Source: an uncultured Candidatus Saccharibacteria bacterium
Lineage (GTDB): Bacteria; Patescibacteriota; Minisyncoccia; Sungbacterales; JACQCQ01
Length of the DNA: 64,000 nt
Assembly: GCA_964494945.1 (NCBI GenBank)
Contig: CAZBTX010000004.1
Span: 27,385-91,384, forward strand
Direction: 5' to 3'
The position numbers were made by a program, and so were the translations under genes. The notes under the pieces were generated by a model, which was not told where the DNA came from, did not search any database, and was given only the letters and a program-made list of their open reading frames with translations. Positions 20,689-30,855 of this stretch are shown piece by piece. Positions within the stretch are counted from its first letter, which is position 1. Each line of letters begins with the position of its first letter.

Positions 20689-21411
20689 ATGTGGCCTCAA
20701 AAGATTGCCAGAGTCCTGGCGAATGAACTGCAGGTTTGGCGGCGCATGTTGTATAAAAAGACGGCAGTCGGTGGTGTCTCCGGAAAAACGCTGATTGATG
20801 CTTTTCATCGTCTTTACTACGATTCTTACGTTTGGAACGAAACAACTTGGTTCGGAGCCAAGGTAATGAAATATCCCGGAGACCTGGTTATTTATCAGCA
20901 GTTGGTGGCGGAAACTAAGCCGATGGTGATCATTGAAACAGGAACGGCACACGGCGGTTCAGCGCTTTTCTTCGCTCATCTCATGGATATTTTAGGTGGG
21001 GGAAAGGTGATTACGATTGATACCAAAGTTCAGCCCGGCCGTCCCGCGCATCCGAGAATTAAATATCTCACGGGATTTTCCACATCGCAGGATATAATGG
21101 AGCGGGTAAAAAATATGCTGCGACCCGGAGATAGAATAATGGCGGTGCTGGATTCGGATCACGGCAAAGATAACGTATCACGGGAATTGAAAGCATACTC
21201 GCCGCTCGTAACCCCAGGGAACTATCTTATTGTGGAAGACACGAACATCAACGGTCATCCGGTTTATCCGGCCTTCGGCCCCGGTCCCATGGAAGCGGTA
21301 GAGGAATTTTTGCGTGAGAACCATGATTTTGAGATTGACCGCGCTATGGAAAAGTTTTTGGTCACGTTCAATCCTTCCGGATTCTTAAAGAAGCGTAAAA
21401 CGGCAAAATGA
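20689..21411 (+). CDS. CmcI/cephalosporin-hydroxylase-family SAM-dependent O-methyltransferase
   Basis: It matches the family pattern IETGTAHGGSALFFA...DSDH. Confidence 0.65.
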   Translation: MWPQKIARVLANELQVWRRMLYKKTAVGGVSGKTLIDAFHRLYYDSYVWNETTWFGAKVMKYPGDLVIYQQLVAETKPMVIIETGTAHGGSALFFAHLMDILGGGKVITIDTKVQPGRPAHPRIKYLTGFSTSQDIMERVKNMLRPGDRIMAVLDSDHGKDNVSRELKAYSPLVTPGNYLIVEDTNINGHPVYPAFGPGPMEAVEEFLRENHDFEIDRAMEKFLVTFNPSGFLKKRKTAK

Positions 21412-22853
21412 ACATCATATATCGGCATATGAATAAATCCCCACACCTTCCCACGGGGTCTTCGGGAAGGTGTGGGGATAAATCGGAACGGCGAATATGG
21501 TTAGCCGCGCTAGCAGTTCGCCTTTTGGTGTTCGGTCTGATCATTTGGTCGCTCGGCGGCAACGGTCTTATATCGCTGGGAGACTCAAGTCAATATCTGC
21601 GTCTGGCTAAAGGGCTTTTGGATACCGGAACTCTTAGCGACCCCGGCTTTCCCGGTCTCATAGAGGGTACAAGGCCGCCTGGGTATCCCTTGTATCTCGC
21701 GGCATTCCTGTATTTCGGCGTTCCTTTATGGGTTGCTTCTCTTATTCAAATTATGGCGGCGAGTTTTATTCCCATTTTCGTAATGAAAATAGGAGTCCTT
21801 CTGGGTTTTGAGAGAAAGCTGGTTGCCATAGCCGGGTGGTTCACGACGCTTGAACCGCTTGAAGTTCTATACAGCGTAACGCTTCTTTCCGATGCCTTCG
21901 GCGCGCTTTTCTTTATCGCGGGAGCATATTTTCTGGTTCGTTTCTGGCGTACCAGAGCATGGAAAAATTTGATATTGGCATCGTTAATTTTGGGCGCGAT
22001 GAACTACGTACGACCCATCGCTCTATTTCTCTACATTTTGATACCGGCACTCATATTAGCAGCCGGTTTTATCCTTGAACGCTGGCGCTGGAAAGAGCAT
22101 TTAAAAGCCGCCGTCGTATTTGCCGCAGTTTTTTATTTGGTTTTAACACCTTGGCTCGCGCGAAATTATTACGATTTTAACCACTGGGGCTTCCTCTCCG
22201 CTAACAGCCGCCATCTTTATGATTATTCAGCGGTTGCCGTACGAGCGGCCGCAGAAGGAACAACGTATGAAGAGATGCGGCAAAAAATGAGAAGAGAGAT
22301 ACAGCCCCTGCTTCCTGAGCCGCGCGACATCCGGCAATTCGCTAATCAGGAAGTTTTAGGCAAGAAAGCGATTGAGATAATACTTCAGCATCCCAAAGAA
22401 TATGCCAAACTTTATTTTTTCTCCCTGCAAACATTTTTGATCTCCGGCAACTATCATTTCTTGATGGCTTTTTACGGTCTGATAGACGGCCCCAGTGCGG
22501 GGGATCAATCGTTCACGGTACTGCTTTCCAGCCGCAGTATCACCGATGGTTGGGCGGCGGTGAAGGCATTCATTAGTGAGCCCTATGGATTGATAGCGCT
22601 GATGGGTAGAGTCGTTTGGGGCCTGGTATTTGTTTTATCGCTTTTGGGGACGTGGGTCGCGTATAGGCGATATCCCGAGAGTCGTTTTGGCGCATTGTTT
22701 TATATTTTTCTCCTTTTTTATCTTGCGCTTATTACGTTGAGCTTAGTAACCGGCCTTGAGGCGCGGCACCGGCTGTTCGTGAACCCCTTCTACTTCCTGT
22801 TTATGTCTGCGGCTTTGACCTGGCTTTTTGGCAGATTAAGACGAGCGTCCTGA
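21408..22853 (+). CDS. ArnT/PMT-like (GT39/GT83) GT-C membrane glycosyltransferase
   Basis: It is polytopic and carries PPGYPLYLAAF. Its N-terminal tail contains a perfect 14-bp hairpin. Confidence 0.55.
   Translation: MNIIYRHMNKSPHLPTGSSGRCGDKSERRIWLAALAVRLLVFGLIIWSLGGNGLISLGDSSQYLRLAKGLLDTGTLSDPGFPGLIEGTRPPGYPLYLAAFLYFGVPLWVASLIQIMAASFIPIFVMKIGVLLGFERKLVAIAGWFTTLEPLEVLYSVTLLSDAFGALFFIAGAYFLVRFWRTRAWKNLILASLILGAMNYVRPIALFLYILIPALILAAGFILERWRWKEHLKAAVVFAAVFYLVLTPWLARNYYDFNHWGFLSANSRHLYDYSAVAVRAAAEGTTYEEMRQKMRREIQPLLPEPRDIRQFANQEVLGKKAIEIILQHPKEYAKLYFFSLQTFLISGNYHFLMAFYGLIDGPSAGDQSFTVLLSSRSITDGWAAVKAFISEPYGLIALMGRVVWGLVFVLSLLGTWVAYRRYPESRFGALFYIFLLFYLALITLSLVTGLEARHRLFVNPFYFLFMSAALTWLFGRLRRAS
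21439..21477. repeat. Perfect hairpin CCCCACACCTTCCC-N11-GGGAAGGTGTGGGG in N-terminal codons of GT-C gene (related CCCCACACC core)
   Basis: It was verified. Confidence 0.65.
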
Positions 22854-22881
22854 ATGGGTCGCGGCGCAATATACCGATAAA

Positions 22882-24192
22882 ATGGAATTTTCAAAGAAAA
22901 ACTATTTGATATTAGGCATAATTCTCGGCGCTATGATCCTGCGACTTTTTGCTTTTTCGTTCAATTATTTTACGCACGGGAACGTCAATGAGAACGCTAA
23001 AGCCGCCGTGGCTGTGGCATCGTCCTGGACGCTACGGGTAGCGGAGCCGTCTGATGAGCCGTACTGGTATTCCACCAAAGAATACGGCGGGAGGTATCTG
23101 GATTTGAACGCGCCTCTTTGGCCCACCATAGGGGGTGTATTGATGAAGTTCAGCGGTATTAAGCCGTCCGAGGCGAACGCATTCCTGCTTTTTAGAATAA
23201 TGTCATTGGTTGTAGGAATGGGCGTTGTGATATCGGGATATTTGGCCGGGAAAAGGATAATAAGTTCTGATGCCGGAATATTTCTTTCGGCGGTGCTGGG
23301 ACTTTCTTACGTCCTGGTAGATTATTCGGGGAACGGCGCCTTTTATATGGCGCAGGCCCTGCTTTATCTTCTTTGGGTTCTTGCGGCAATAAGTAGAATT
23401 CATTTTCGTGCGTTACTACTTGCCGTTCTTTCCGGCATCGGCTGGCTTTTGAATTATCAAGCCGTGGTGATGATCGCGGCAACCATAATCCTTATTCTTT
23501 GGGAGCGGCGTTTATGGAAAGAAAAGATGCAATCGGCGGGTTTGGCACTGGTTGTGTTTCTTCTGGTGATTTCGCCGCTTCTTATAAGAAATGCCCGGGT
23601 CTTCGGAGACCCTCTTCATACGACCAAAATAAATCTAACTTATGTCTGGAACAAAGCCGGGCTTACGCCGGTAATAGAAGGCCCAGTTAAAACTTTCCAC
23701 CTTGGTTTTGCGGATAAACTTCGCGTGGCCGAGAGCGCCCTTTTGGAATGGCTGCCGCACAACGCCTACTACGTCGCGAGGAAACTTTTTGTGCTTTTGC
23801 CCGTACTTTTTATCTTGGCGCTCTACGGCGCCGTAGACCTTGCTTTTTCTAAGGAACGCAGAAACCGTGTGTTCCCGGTTATTTTGCTCCTGGGGTTGGC
23901 CCTGTCGCAGATGCTGACCTGGCCCATTGTGCAATTCCGTTATTTCGTTCCTATAATCTCGTTGGCGGCACTTATAGGCGTTGAGTTCCTGTATAATTCT
24001 ATTCGGCAATCTGGTGCGAGATATCTCTTAATGGCGGGAACGCTGGCGGGGCTCGTACTCGTGGGATTTCTGTTGTTTAACTCCAATCCTCTTCATGTCT
24101 GTTATTATGATTGCGCGGTGACCACCGGCCCTTTAGGGAGAAACGAAGAGCTGGAACATTTGCGGGCCAATAATCCCTCGCTACTGCCATGA
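22882..24192 (+). CDS. Polytopic membrane protein, possible second GT-C/ArnT-like transferase
   Basis: It is 436 aa with many TM helices. Confidence 0.3.
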   Translation: MEFSKKNYLILGIILGAMILRLFAFSFNYFTHGNVNENAKAAVAVASSWTLRVAEPSDEPYWYSTKEYGGRYLDLNAPLWPTIGGVLMKFSGIKPSEANAFLLFRIMSLVVGMGVVISGYLAGKRIISSDAGIFLSAVLGLSYVLVDYSGNGAFYMAQALLYLLWVLAAISRIHFRALLLAVLSGIGWLLNYQAVVMIAATIILILWERRLWKEKMQSAGLALVVFLLVISPLLIRNARVFGDPLHTTKINLTYVWNKAGLTPVIEGPVKTFHLGFADKLRVAESALLEWLPHNAYYVARKLFVLLPVLFILALYGAVDLAFSKERRNRVFPVILLLGLALSQMLTWPIVQFRYFVPIISLAALIGVEFLYNSIRQSGARYLLMAGTLAGLVLVGFLLFNSNPLHVCYYDCAVTTGPLGRNEELEHLRANNPSLLP

Positions 24193-24299
24193 GACCGGAA
24201 AGCATCAAATTCTTAAAACGTATCCTCCAGTGGTTTGTTGCCGCTGGTCTCGTTTTCATATTTATTGAAGGAGTGCTTTTACGACTACACTAGCGAAAC

Positions 24300-24333
24300 A
24301 ACATTCTCATATTCTCAAGAATATGAGAATGTT
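24300..24333. promoter_or_regulatory. 34-bp perfect palindrome AACATTCTCATATTCT-CA-AGAATATGAGAATGTT 10 bp upstream of oxidoreductase ATG
   Basis: This was checked base by base. The arms are 16 bp with a 2-bp centre. Confidence 0.8.
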
Positions 24334-24342
24334 TTGAACTCA

Positions 24343-25770
24343 ATGGATAAAGGAGAAAATAAAGCAGTAGTTATTATCGGAGCCGGGCCGGCAGGGCTTA
24401 CGGCCGCGTATGAATTGGCTAAACGCGGCACCCGTTCAATTATTCTTGAAAAGGACTCGGTGGTCGGCGGCATCGCGCGCACGGTTCTCTATAAAGGATA
24501 TCGTTTTGACATCGGCGGGCACCGCTTTTTCACAAAAGTGGAGTGCGTGTTCAAAATGTGGCAGGAGGTGCTCGGTGCCGATTTTCTGAAACGCCCCCGG
24601 CTTTCCAGGATATATTACAAAGGAAAGTTCTTTTTTTATCCCTTAAAGGCGCTGGATGTCGTAAGAAAGCTTGGGTTGAAAGAAACATTTCTATCGGGTC
24701 TTTCCTACGTTTGGGCGCGCGTAAAAAAGCGGCCGAGGGAAGATTCGTTCGAAGATTACATTATCAATCACTTCGGGACTCGGTTATATCGCACTTTTTT
24801 CAAATCATATACCGAAAAGGTCTGGGGGATACCCTGTACCGAGATCAAGGCCGAGTGGGCGGCACAGCGCATCAAGGGACTTTCGCTTACGAGCCTTTTG
24901 AAGGCGACCCTCTTCGGCAACCGGAGAAATAAAATAAAGACCCTGATAGAAGAATTTTATTATCCCCGGCTTGGGCCCGGCATGATGTGGCAGAAAACCA
25001 AGGACTTGGCGGAACATTCCGGTTACGGAAAAGTGCTTTTTAAGACGGTGCCGGTTGCCATCCATCATGACAGTTCGCGAATAACCGCCGTTACGATACG
25101 CGGCGATAACGGCAAGGAAGAAACCATTGAAACAGACGCGGTGATATCAAGCATGCCGCTTTCCGAACTTTTCCGGCTTTTCCGGCCAGAGCTTGACGGG
25201 AAGATACTCAAAGCCGCCGCTTCTCTTCATTATCGGGATTTTATAACCGTAGCGCTTGTGCTGGATAAAGAGCATCTTTTTGGAGACAACTGGATATACG
25301 TGCACGAGCCGGGCGTGCTGCTCGGCCGCATTCAAAATTTCAAGAACTGGTCTCCAAGCATGGTGCCGGATGCTTCTAAAACCTGCCTGGGTCTTGAGTA
25401 TTTTTGTTTTACCTCGGACCCTATATGGAAAATGACGGACGAGGTCCTGGTGAATCTCGGCGCCGCAGAACTTGAGAAAATCGGCCTTGCCCAAAAGTCG
25501 GATGTCGTTGACGGAGCGGTGGTGCGGATGGAGAAAACCTATCCCGTGTACGACGATGCCTATGAAAAAGCCATGCCGCTCATAAAAGACGCGGCGGCGA
25601 AATTTCCCAATCTCTATCCGGTAGGCCGGAACGGCATGCACAAATACAACAATCAGGATCACGCTATGTATACCGCCATGCTGGCGGTAGAGAATATTTT
25701 CGGCGCGCGGCATAATCTCTGGGATGTCAACGTGGAGCGGGTGTATCACGAGGAGGTTCAGCGTACTTAG
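24343..25770 (+). CDS. FAD/NAD(P)-binding oxidoreductase (amine-oxidase/phytoene-desaturase-like)
   Basis: It carries [12 protein letters not shown]....GG, the dinucleotide-binding motif. The start was chosen at MDKGENK rather than the read-through at 24235. Confidence 0.6.
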   Translation: MDKGENKAVVIIGAGPAGLTAAYELAKRGTRSIILEKDSVVGGIARTVLYKGYRFDIGGHRFFTKVECVFKMWQEVLGADFLKRPRLSRIYYKGKFFFYPLKALDVVRKLGLKETFLSGLSYVWARVKKRPREDSFEDYIINHFGTRLYRTFFKSYTEKVWGIPCTEIKAEWAAQRIKGLSLTSLLKATLFGNRRNKIKTLIEEFYYPRLGPGMMWQKTKDLAEHSGYGKVLFKTVPVAIHHDSSRITAVTIRGDNGKEETIETDAVISSMPLSELFRLFRPELDGKILKAAASLHYRDFITVALVLDKEHLFGDNWIYVHEPGVLLGRIQNFKNWSPSMVPDASKTCLGLEYFCFTSDPIWKMTDEVLVNLGAAELEKIGLAQKSDVVDGAVVRMEKTYPVYDDAYEKAMPLIKDAAAKFPNLYPVGRNGMHKYNNQDHAMYTAMLAVENIFGARHNLWDVNVERVYHEEVQRT

Positions 25771-25826
25771 AGAAACTTGATGGCTTGCTGGGCAGTTTCA
25801 CTAATTAGTTGTATAAATATTTTGGT

Positions 25827-26555
25827 ATGGAAATACTCGCAGTCATTCCCGCCAGAGGCGGGTCAAAGGGCATACCGCGGAAAAATATTAAACTGCTTTG
25901 CGGCAAGCCATTGATTGCTTGGACGATTGAGGAAGCAAAAAAGTCAAAGCATTTGACTCGCGTTATCGTTTCCACCGACGACGAAGAGATCGCGGAAGTT
26001 GCGAAACGATACGGCGCGGAAGTGCCTTTTATGCGTCCTCCCGAAATTTCCGGCGATTTGGCTACCGATGTAGAATTTCTGACGCACGCGCTGGATTTTT
26101 TGAAAGAAAAAGAAAATTACGAACCGGAAATAATTTTGCGTTTGCCGCCGACCTCACCCCTCCGCACGGCGGCGCATATTGATGAAGGCATAGAAGTTTT
26201 ATTAAAAAATCCCGAGGCTGACGCCTCGCGGCCCATGACGGAGGCTCCCAAGCATCCATATAAAATGTGGCGCGTTTCTGCGGAAGATGAGCGTTTTGTG
26301 GAGCCGTTTCTGCCAAAGTCATTTACTCAAATAGACGAACCGTATAACTTGCCGCGCCAGGCCTTGCCGAAAGCCCATATTCATACGGGTGCTATGGATG
26401 TGATGCGGCTTCGCACCGTACGTGAAATGAAATCAACCTCGGGCAAAAAGCTCGCGTATTTTTTCATGAAGCCGGAAGATTCCATAAATATTGATACGCC
26501 GGTTGATTTTGAATTGGCCGAGATCCTGCTGAAAAAGAGGATCGCGCAAGGGTAA
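25827..26555 (+). CDS. CMP-nonulosonic acid synthetase (acylneuraminate cytidylyltransferase family, NeuA/PseF/LegF-like)
   Basis: It carries ILAVIPARGGSKGIPRKN. Confidence 0.75.
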   Translation: MEILAVIPARGGSKGIPRKNIKLLCGKPLIAWTIEEAKKSKHLTRVIVSTDDEEIAEVAKRYGAEVPFMRPPEISGDLATDVEFLTHALDFLKEKENYEPEIILRLPPTSPLRTAAHIDEGIEVLLKNPEADASRPMTEAPKHPYKMWRVSAEDERFVEPFLPKSFTQIDEPYNLPRQALPKAHIHTGAMDVMRLRTVREMKSTSGKKLAYFFMKPEDSINIDTPVDFELAEILLKKRIAQG

Positions 26556-26642
26556 ATTCCGGGAAACCGGCGCCTTGCCAAAGTGGTTTCAAGTATATAG
26601 AATCTATCGGTCAATTTGGTATTGCGAAATTAAATATTCTTA

Positions 26643-27995
26643 ATGAGTGAGAAGAAGATTATTTTCATGACGGTGGAGACCAGCATGGCGGCCAAGGAGT
26701 TTTTGCGCTCGGGAGCGTTTCCTATTCTGAAATCCAAACGCCGCGTGGTGCTCTTCGTTCCGGCCGACAAAGTCGCTTACTACCAGAAGCAGTACGGCGG
26801 AGATTCGGTCTTCATTGAGCCCTTGCCGGAGATTAAGCGCCAAGGGCTGCATTTGATTATTAAAAATGTTGCCTTCAACAGTCTTTCTACGGCGAGCGTC
26901 TGGTATCGCATCTGGGAATCGTATTATTTGACCCATCGGCCGTGGAATCTTGCCATGCGCATTATTTTCTGGCACCTCGGCAAACTAAGAATTTGGCGCG
27001 AAGCCACACGCTTGGCCGAATGGCTGATGCGAGATGATGAGATCTGGCGAACAGTTTTTAATAAATACAATCCGGATTTTGTGCTGTGCACTAATGTCAT
27101 CGGCGAAGCCGACATCTCGTTGATGAAACATGCCAGGCGCCGCGGCAGGGGGGCTTACGCCATGATCCGCGGTTGGGACAACTTAACCTCCAAGGGCACC
27201 ATTCGCTTCAAGCCCGATCAGTTGATGGTTTATAACGAGAATATTAAGCGAGAGGCCGTTGAGTACGGCGACATGCGCGCCGAAAGGATAACCGTTGTAG
27301 GTATGCCGCATTATGATTCATACGTTAATTCCGGATTCTATTGGACGCGGGAGGAATTTTTTCTCCGCCTTGGTCTTGACCCGGCCAAAAAGCTGATTGT
27401 GTATGCCATGGGCGGCAATATCGCGGTTGAGGATCCTTACAATCACGCCAAGATGATAAATGACGCCATTGACAGAGGCGACTTGCCCCCAACTCAGCTT
27501 CTTATAAGAGCTCATCCCAAGTACGATATGACCGTATCGGATATCAGCCAGCTTAAGCACGTGAAATTTTATCAGCCCGGCAAAAAGGTCGCCGGCACCA
27601 GGGGCTGGGAGTTCGAAAAGGAAGACACGATGATCTTGATCAATACGGTTCGCTGGAACGACATTAACATCAACTCGGGTTCCGGCCAGACCCTGGAATC
27701 AGTCATGTTTGACCGGCCGGTGGTGATTTTGGGATTCAACGGATACAAACCCGTGCCTTGGCATAAAAATGTCGGAACCGGGCTCGATCTTTTCACGCAT
27801 TATCGGTACATTGTCCGTTCCGGCGGGGTTACCCGCGCCAATAACGAGCAAGAATTGATTGCGGCCTGTCGCGCCTATCTTGCAAATCCCGCATTGCATC
27901 GAGACGGCAGAAAGCGCATGGTGGAAGATATCGCGGGCAAACTCGATGGCAAATCCAGCGAGCGTCTGGCTACGGCGATTTTGTCGTTGGCGTAA
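26643..27995 (+). CDS. GT-B-like capsule/teichoic-type glycosyltransferase (TagF/KpsS-like); candidate nonulosonic-acid transferase
   Basis: It is 450 aa with no TM segment. Its position right after the CMP-sugar synthetase supports the call. The family assignment is inferred. Confidence 0.3.
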   Translation: MSEKKIIFMTVETSMAAKEFLRSGAFPILKSKRRVVLFVPADKVAYYQKQYGGDSVFIEPLPEIKRQGLHLIIKNVAFNSLSTASVWYRIWESYYLTHRPWNLAMRIIFWHLGKLRIWREATRLAEWLMRDDEIWRTVFNKYNPDFVLCTNVIGEADISLMKHARRRGRGAYAMIRGWDNLTSKGTIRFKPDQLMVYNENIKREAVEYGDMRAERITVVGMPHYDSYVNSGFYWTREEFFLRLGLDPAKKLIVYAMGGNIAVEDPYNHAKMINDAIDRGDLPPTQLLIRAHPKYDMTVSDISQLKHVKFYQPGKKVAGTRGWEFEKEDTMILINTVRWNDININSGSGQTLESVMFDRPVVILGFNGYKPVPWHKNVGTGLDLFTHYRYIVRSGGVTRANNEQELIAACRAYLANPALHRDGRKRMVEDIAGKLDGKSSERLATAILSLA

Positions 27996-28016
27996 CGTGA
28001 TAAGGCGGACAGTGCT

Positions 28017-28934
28017 ATGAATTTTGGCCGATCTATTTTAGGAACATTGTGGAATTCTTCCTCGGTCATGAGCTTAAGGGGTCTTTTCTTTGATTTATGG
28101 GAAATATTATCCAGATATCGTCACGAGAAACAGCGATTCATAAAGATGATGGGTTATCCTCTGGATCTCAAAAACCCGCGAAGTTTCAGCCAGCGTATAG
28201 TTTGGAAAAAAATTTACGACCGGAATCCTCTTTTGCCGATCGTCTGCGATAAATACAGGGTGAGGCAGTATATCAAAGATGTTTTGGGCGAAGAAGAAGC
28301 AGAGAAAGTCCTCATCCCGCTGCTGTATGCTTCTGATAATCCCGACACAATTCCTTTTGATAGTTTAAGCGGAGGATACATCGTGAAGCCCAATCATAAC
28401 TCGGGATCCAATATTATAGTTGAAAAAGGAGTAGCCCCTGACAGGGAAAAAATCATTTCAGATCTAAAAAAGCAGCTTAAATCGGCTTACGGGGTCTTTA
28501 AGCACGAGTGGGCTTACAAAAAAATAAAAAAAAGAATGTTTGTGATCGAAAAGCTGCTTAAAGACGCGAATGGGGGGATACTAAAAGATTATAAATTCCA
28601 TATGATCCATGGAAAATGCGCCTTTATACAAGTTGATTACGACCGATTTTCTAGTCATTCCAGGTCTCTTTACGACAGCAACTGGAATTTCATTAAAACG
28701 ACGCTGAAATATAAACAAGGCCCGATAACGTCCAGACCTTATGAGTTGGGAAAAATGCTTTTGCTGGCCGCCAAATTATCGAAAGGTTTTGATTATATAC
28801 GAGTAGATCTTTACAATATCGGGGATCGGATCTACTTTGGCGAACTGACCCAATATCCCGGATCGGGCGTAGAAAGGTTTACACCTCAGTCCTTTGATTT
28901 TGAACTTGGGAAGTATTGGACAAATAAAAAATGA
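28017..28934 (+). CDS. TupA-like ATP-grasp ligase
   Basis: It is ~300 aa with ..KPNHNSGSNIIV. and KYRVRQYI, the TupA pattern. It is strongly AT-rich at ~38% GC. Confidence 0.55.
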   Translation: MNFGRSILGTLWNSSSVMSLRGLFFDLWEILSRYRHEKQRFIKMMGYPLDLKNPRSFSQRIVWKKIYDRNPLLPIVCDKYRVRQYIKDVLGEEEAEKVLIPLLYASDNPDTIPFDSLSGGYIVKPNHNSGSNIIVEKGVAPDREKIISDLKKQLKSAYGVFKHEWAYKKIKKRMFVIEKLLKDANGGILKDYKFHMIHGKCAFIQVDYDRFSSHSRSLYDSNWNFIKTTLKYKQGPITSRPYELGKMLLLAAKLSKGFDYIRVDLYNIGDRIYFGELTQYPGSGVERFTPQSFDFELGKYWTNKK

Positions 28935-28965
28935 CAGAAAGAAAATTAAAAATCCGCTTTAAGGC

Positions 28966-30855
28966 ATGTGTGGAATCGTAGGCATCAGAGATCCTCGCGG
29001 CGTCCCCTCGGACGTTCTCCAGGCAATGACGCGCGAGCTCGTGCACCGCGGACCCGACGACGAGGGTTTCCTCTATCTCGATAAGGCGAAAGGCGAGTAT
29101 GTCGACGCGCCGAGTGCGCATGCGACCCTTGGCTTCCGGTTCCGGCGGCTCTCCATCGTTGACCTCGGCGCGACCGGCCACCAGCCGATGCTGACACCGG
29201 ACCGCGGCGCGGCGATCATCTTCAACGGCGAGATTTACAATTACCTCGAGCTCCGCGCGGAATTGGAGGCACGCGGTGTGCACTTCCGGGGACGCAGCGA
29301 CTCCGAAGTGATCCTCCACCTGCTCGCCCTTGAAGGTCTGGCCGCTCTCCCGCGCCTCAACGGGATGTTCGCCCTTGCCTTCCATGACCGTCGCACGGGG
29401 ACGCTAATCCTCGCGCGCGACCACGTCGGTATTAAACCGCTCTACTGGCTCCGCGAAGGCCCCGCGATTGTCTGGGCGAGCGAGCCAAAGGCCTTTCTCC
29501 ACTACCCCTCGTTCCGACCAGATGTCAACCGCGAGCGCCTCCACGAATTTTTCCTTTTCCGCCACGTCATTGGACCCGACACGCTTCTCCGCGGCGTGCA
29601 CTCGGTGGAGCCGGGAGGGTACGTACTTATTCGCGACGGCGAAGCGCGGGAAGTGCGCTGGTACAAGCCGCCACCGCACGAGCCCGAGCCATTAACGGAG
29701 GACGAGGCGGCGGCGCGCGTTGATGCCGCCGTCGGCGAAAGCGTGAAGGCGCAGCTCATGAGCGACGTGAAAGTCGGCTGTCAATTGTCCGGCGGTATTG
29801 ATTCCACCCTCATTTCCTGGTGGGCCGCGCGCCATCACGGCTCGCTTTTTGACTCCTTCTCCGTAAGCTTCGACGACCCGCGTTACGACGAGAGTCCGTT
29901 CATAGATGCCGTCGTCGCTAAGTTAGGGCTCGTCGGTCACACTACGCGCCTTGCCACTGATGAAATGGCGGCCTCGCTCCTCGACGCGGCGTGGCATCAC
30001 GATTTCCCCATCAGCCACCCCAACGCTCTCGGTATTTACGCGCTCGCTCGCGAGGCCCGCCGCCACCACGTAACTGTACTTCTCAGTGGCGAGGGCGCGG
30101 ACGAGGTGTTCGGCGGATACGCGCACTACAACCGCGCCGCGTGGCTCGCGCGCCTCAATGCTCTACCCGGCGGCCTCGAACTCGCCCGGTGCCGCGGCCT
30201 CGCGCGCGCGGGCGACCTCGCTCGGGCACTCGTTCTGCTCTCCGCTATCTACGACCCCAAAGTGGTGCGCGAGGCCTGTCCATGGTTCGACGGCGAGCAG
30301 GCACTCCGCGAGCGTCTTGAGCTTTGGGCGGCGACGCCGGAGACGGACGCCCTCGAGCACCTCATGGCCTATGAGCGGCGCGCGTACATGGAGGAATTAC
30401 TCCACCGCCAGGACCGCATGTCGATGACGCACTCTATCGAGAACCGCGTGCCGTACCTCGATCCGCGCGTCCTCGCACTCGCCCGGCGTCTCCCCACGCG
30501 CCTCAAGGTTGCCGTCGGGTTGTTCCCACGCCGCGGCACAGCACCCCGCGCCACGAAGCCGATACTTAAGCGCCTCGTCGCGAACCGCTTCGGCGATAAT
30601 TTCGCCTACCGCGCGAAGTCCGGCTTCGCGTTACCGCTCCGCGCGATCTTCGTAGCACCCGCGTTCGAGGCGACGTGGCCGGCGATCCGCGACGCTGTCG
30701 TCGCACTCTCTGTCGCGGAGGCGCCCGCACTCGATGCCTTGAAGGAGCAGGCACTCCGCGAGGGCGGCGACGCGGCGAAGCTTCTATGGACATTTACAGC
30801 GCTCGGCGCGTGGTGGCGCGGCATCTCGCGCGTAGGCGCGGTATTACGGACGTGA
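28966..30855 (+). CDS. asnB: Asparagine synthase (glutamine-hydrolysing) family amidotransferase, compositionally foreign (~65-70% GC)
   Basis: It has the MCGIVGI start and the SGGIDS PP-loop. Many spurious ORFs overlap it on both strands, as expected for a high-GC segment. Confidence 0.8.
   Translation: MCGIVGIRDPRGVPSDVLQAMTRELVHRGPDDEGFLYLDKAKGEYVDAPSAHATLGFRFRRLSIVDLGATGHQPMLTPDRGAAIIFNGEIYNYLELRAELEARGVHFRGRSDSEVILHLLALEGLAALPRLNGMFALAFHDRRTGTLILARDHVGIKPLYWLREGPAIVWASEPKAFLHYPSFRPDVNRERLHEFFLFRHVIGPDTLLRGVHSVEPGGYVLIRDGEAREVRWYKPPPHEPEPLTEDEAAARVDAAVGESVKAQLMSDVKVGCQLSGGIDSTLISWWAARHHGSLFDSFSVSFDDPRYDESPFIDAVVAKLGLVGHTTRLATDEMAASLLDAAWHHDFPISHPNALGIYALAREARRHHVTVLLSGEGADEVFGGYAHYNRAAWLARLNALPGGLELARCRGLARAGDLARALVLLSAIYDPKVVREACPWFDGEQALRERLELWAATPETDALEHLMAYERRAYMEELLHRQDRMSMTHSIENRVPYLDPRVLALARRLPTRLKVAVGLFPRRGTAPRATKPILKRLVANRFGDNFAYRAKSGFALPLRAIFVAPAFEATWPAIRDAVVALSVAEAPALDALKEQALREGGDAAKLLWTFTALGAWWRGISRVGAVLRT

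Noticed and set aside
24235-24342. The N-terminal 36 codons of the oxidoreductase ORF as listed ([36 protein letters not shown]).
   Set aside because: These codons translate the 34-bp perfect palindrome. The Rossmann motif begins right after the internal Met at 24343, so the upstream extension is treated as non-coding operator DNA.
29468-30824. Numerous 60-125-aa ORFs on both strands inside the asnB at 28966-30855 (e.g. 29991-30320, 30086-30427, 30566-30793).
   Set aside because: These are Arg/Ala/Pro-rich low-complexity translations, typical of alternative frames in high-GC coding DNA. They are fully embedded in a well-supported AsnB reading frame.
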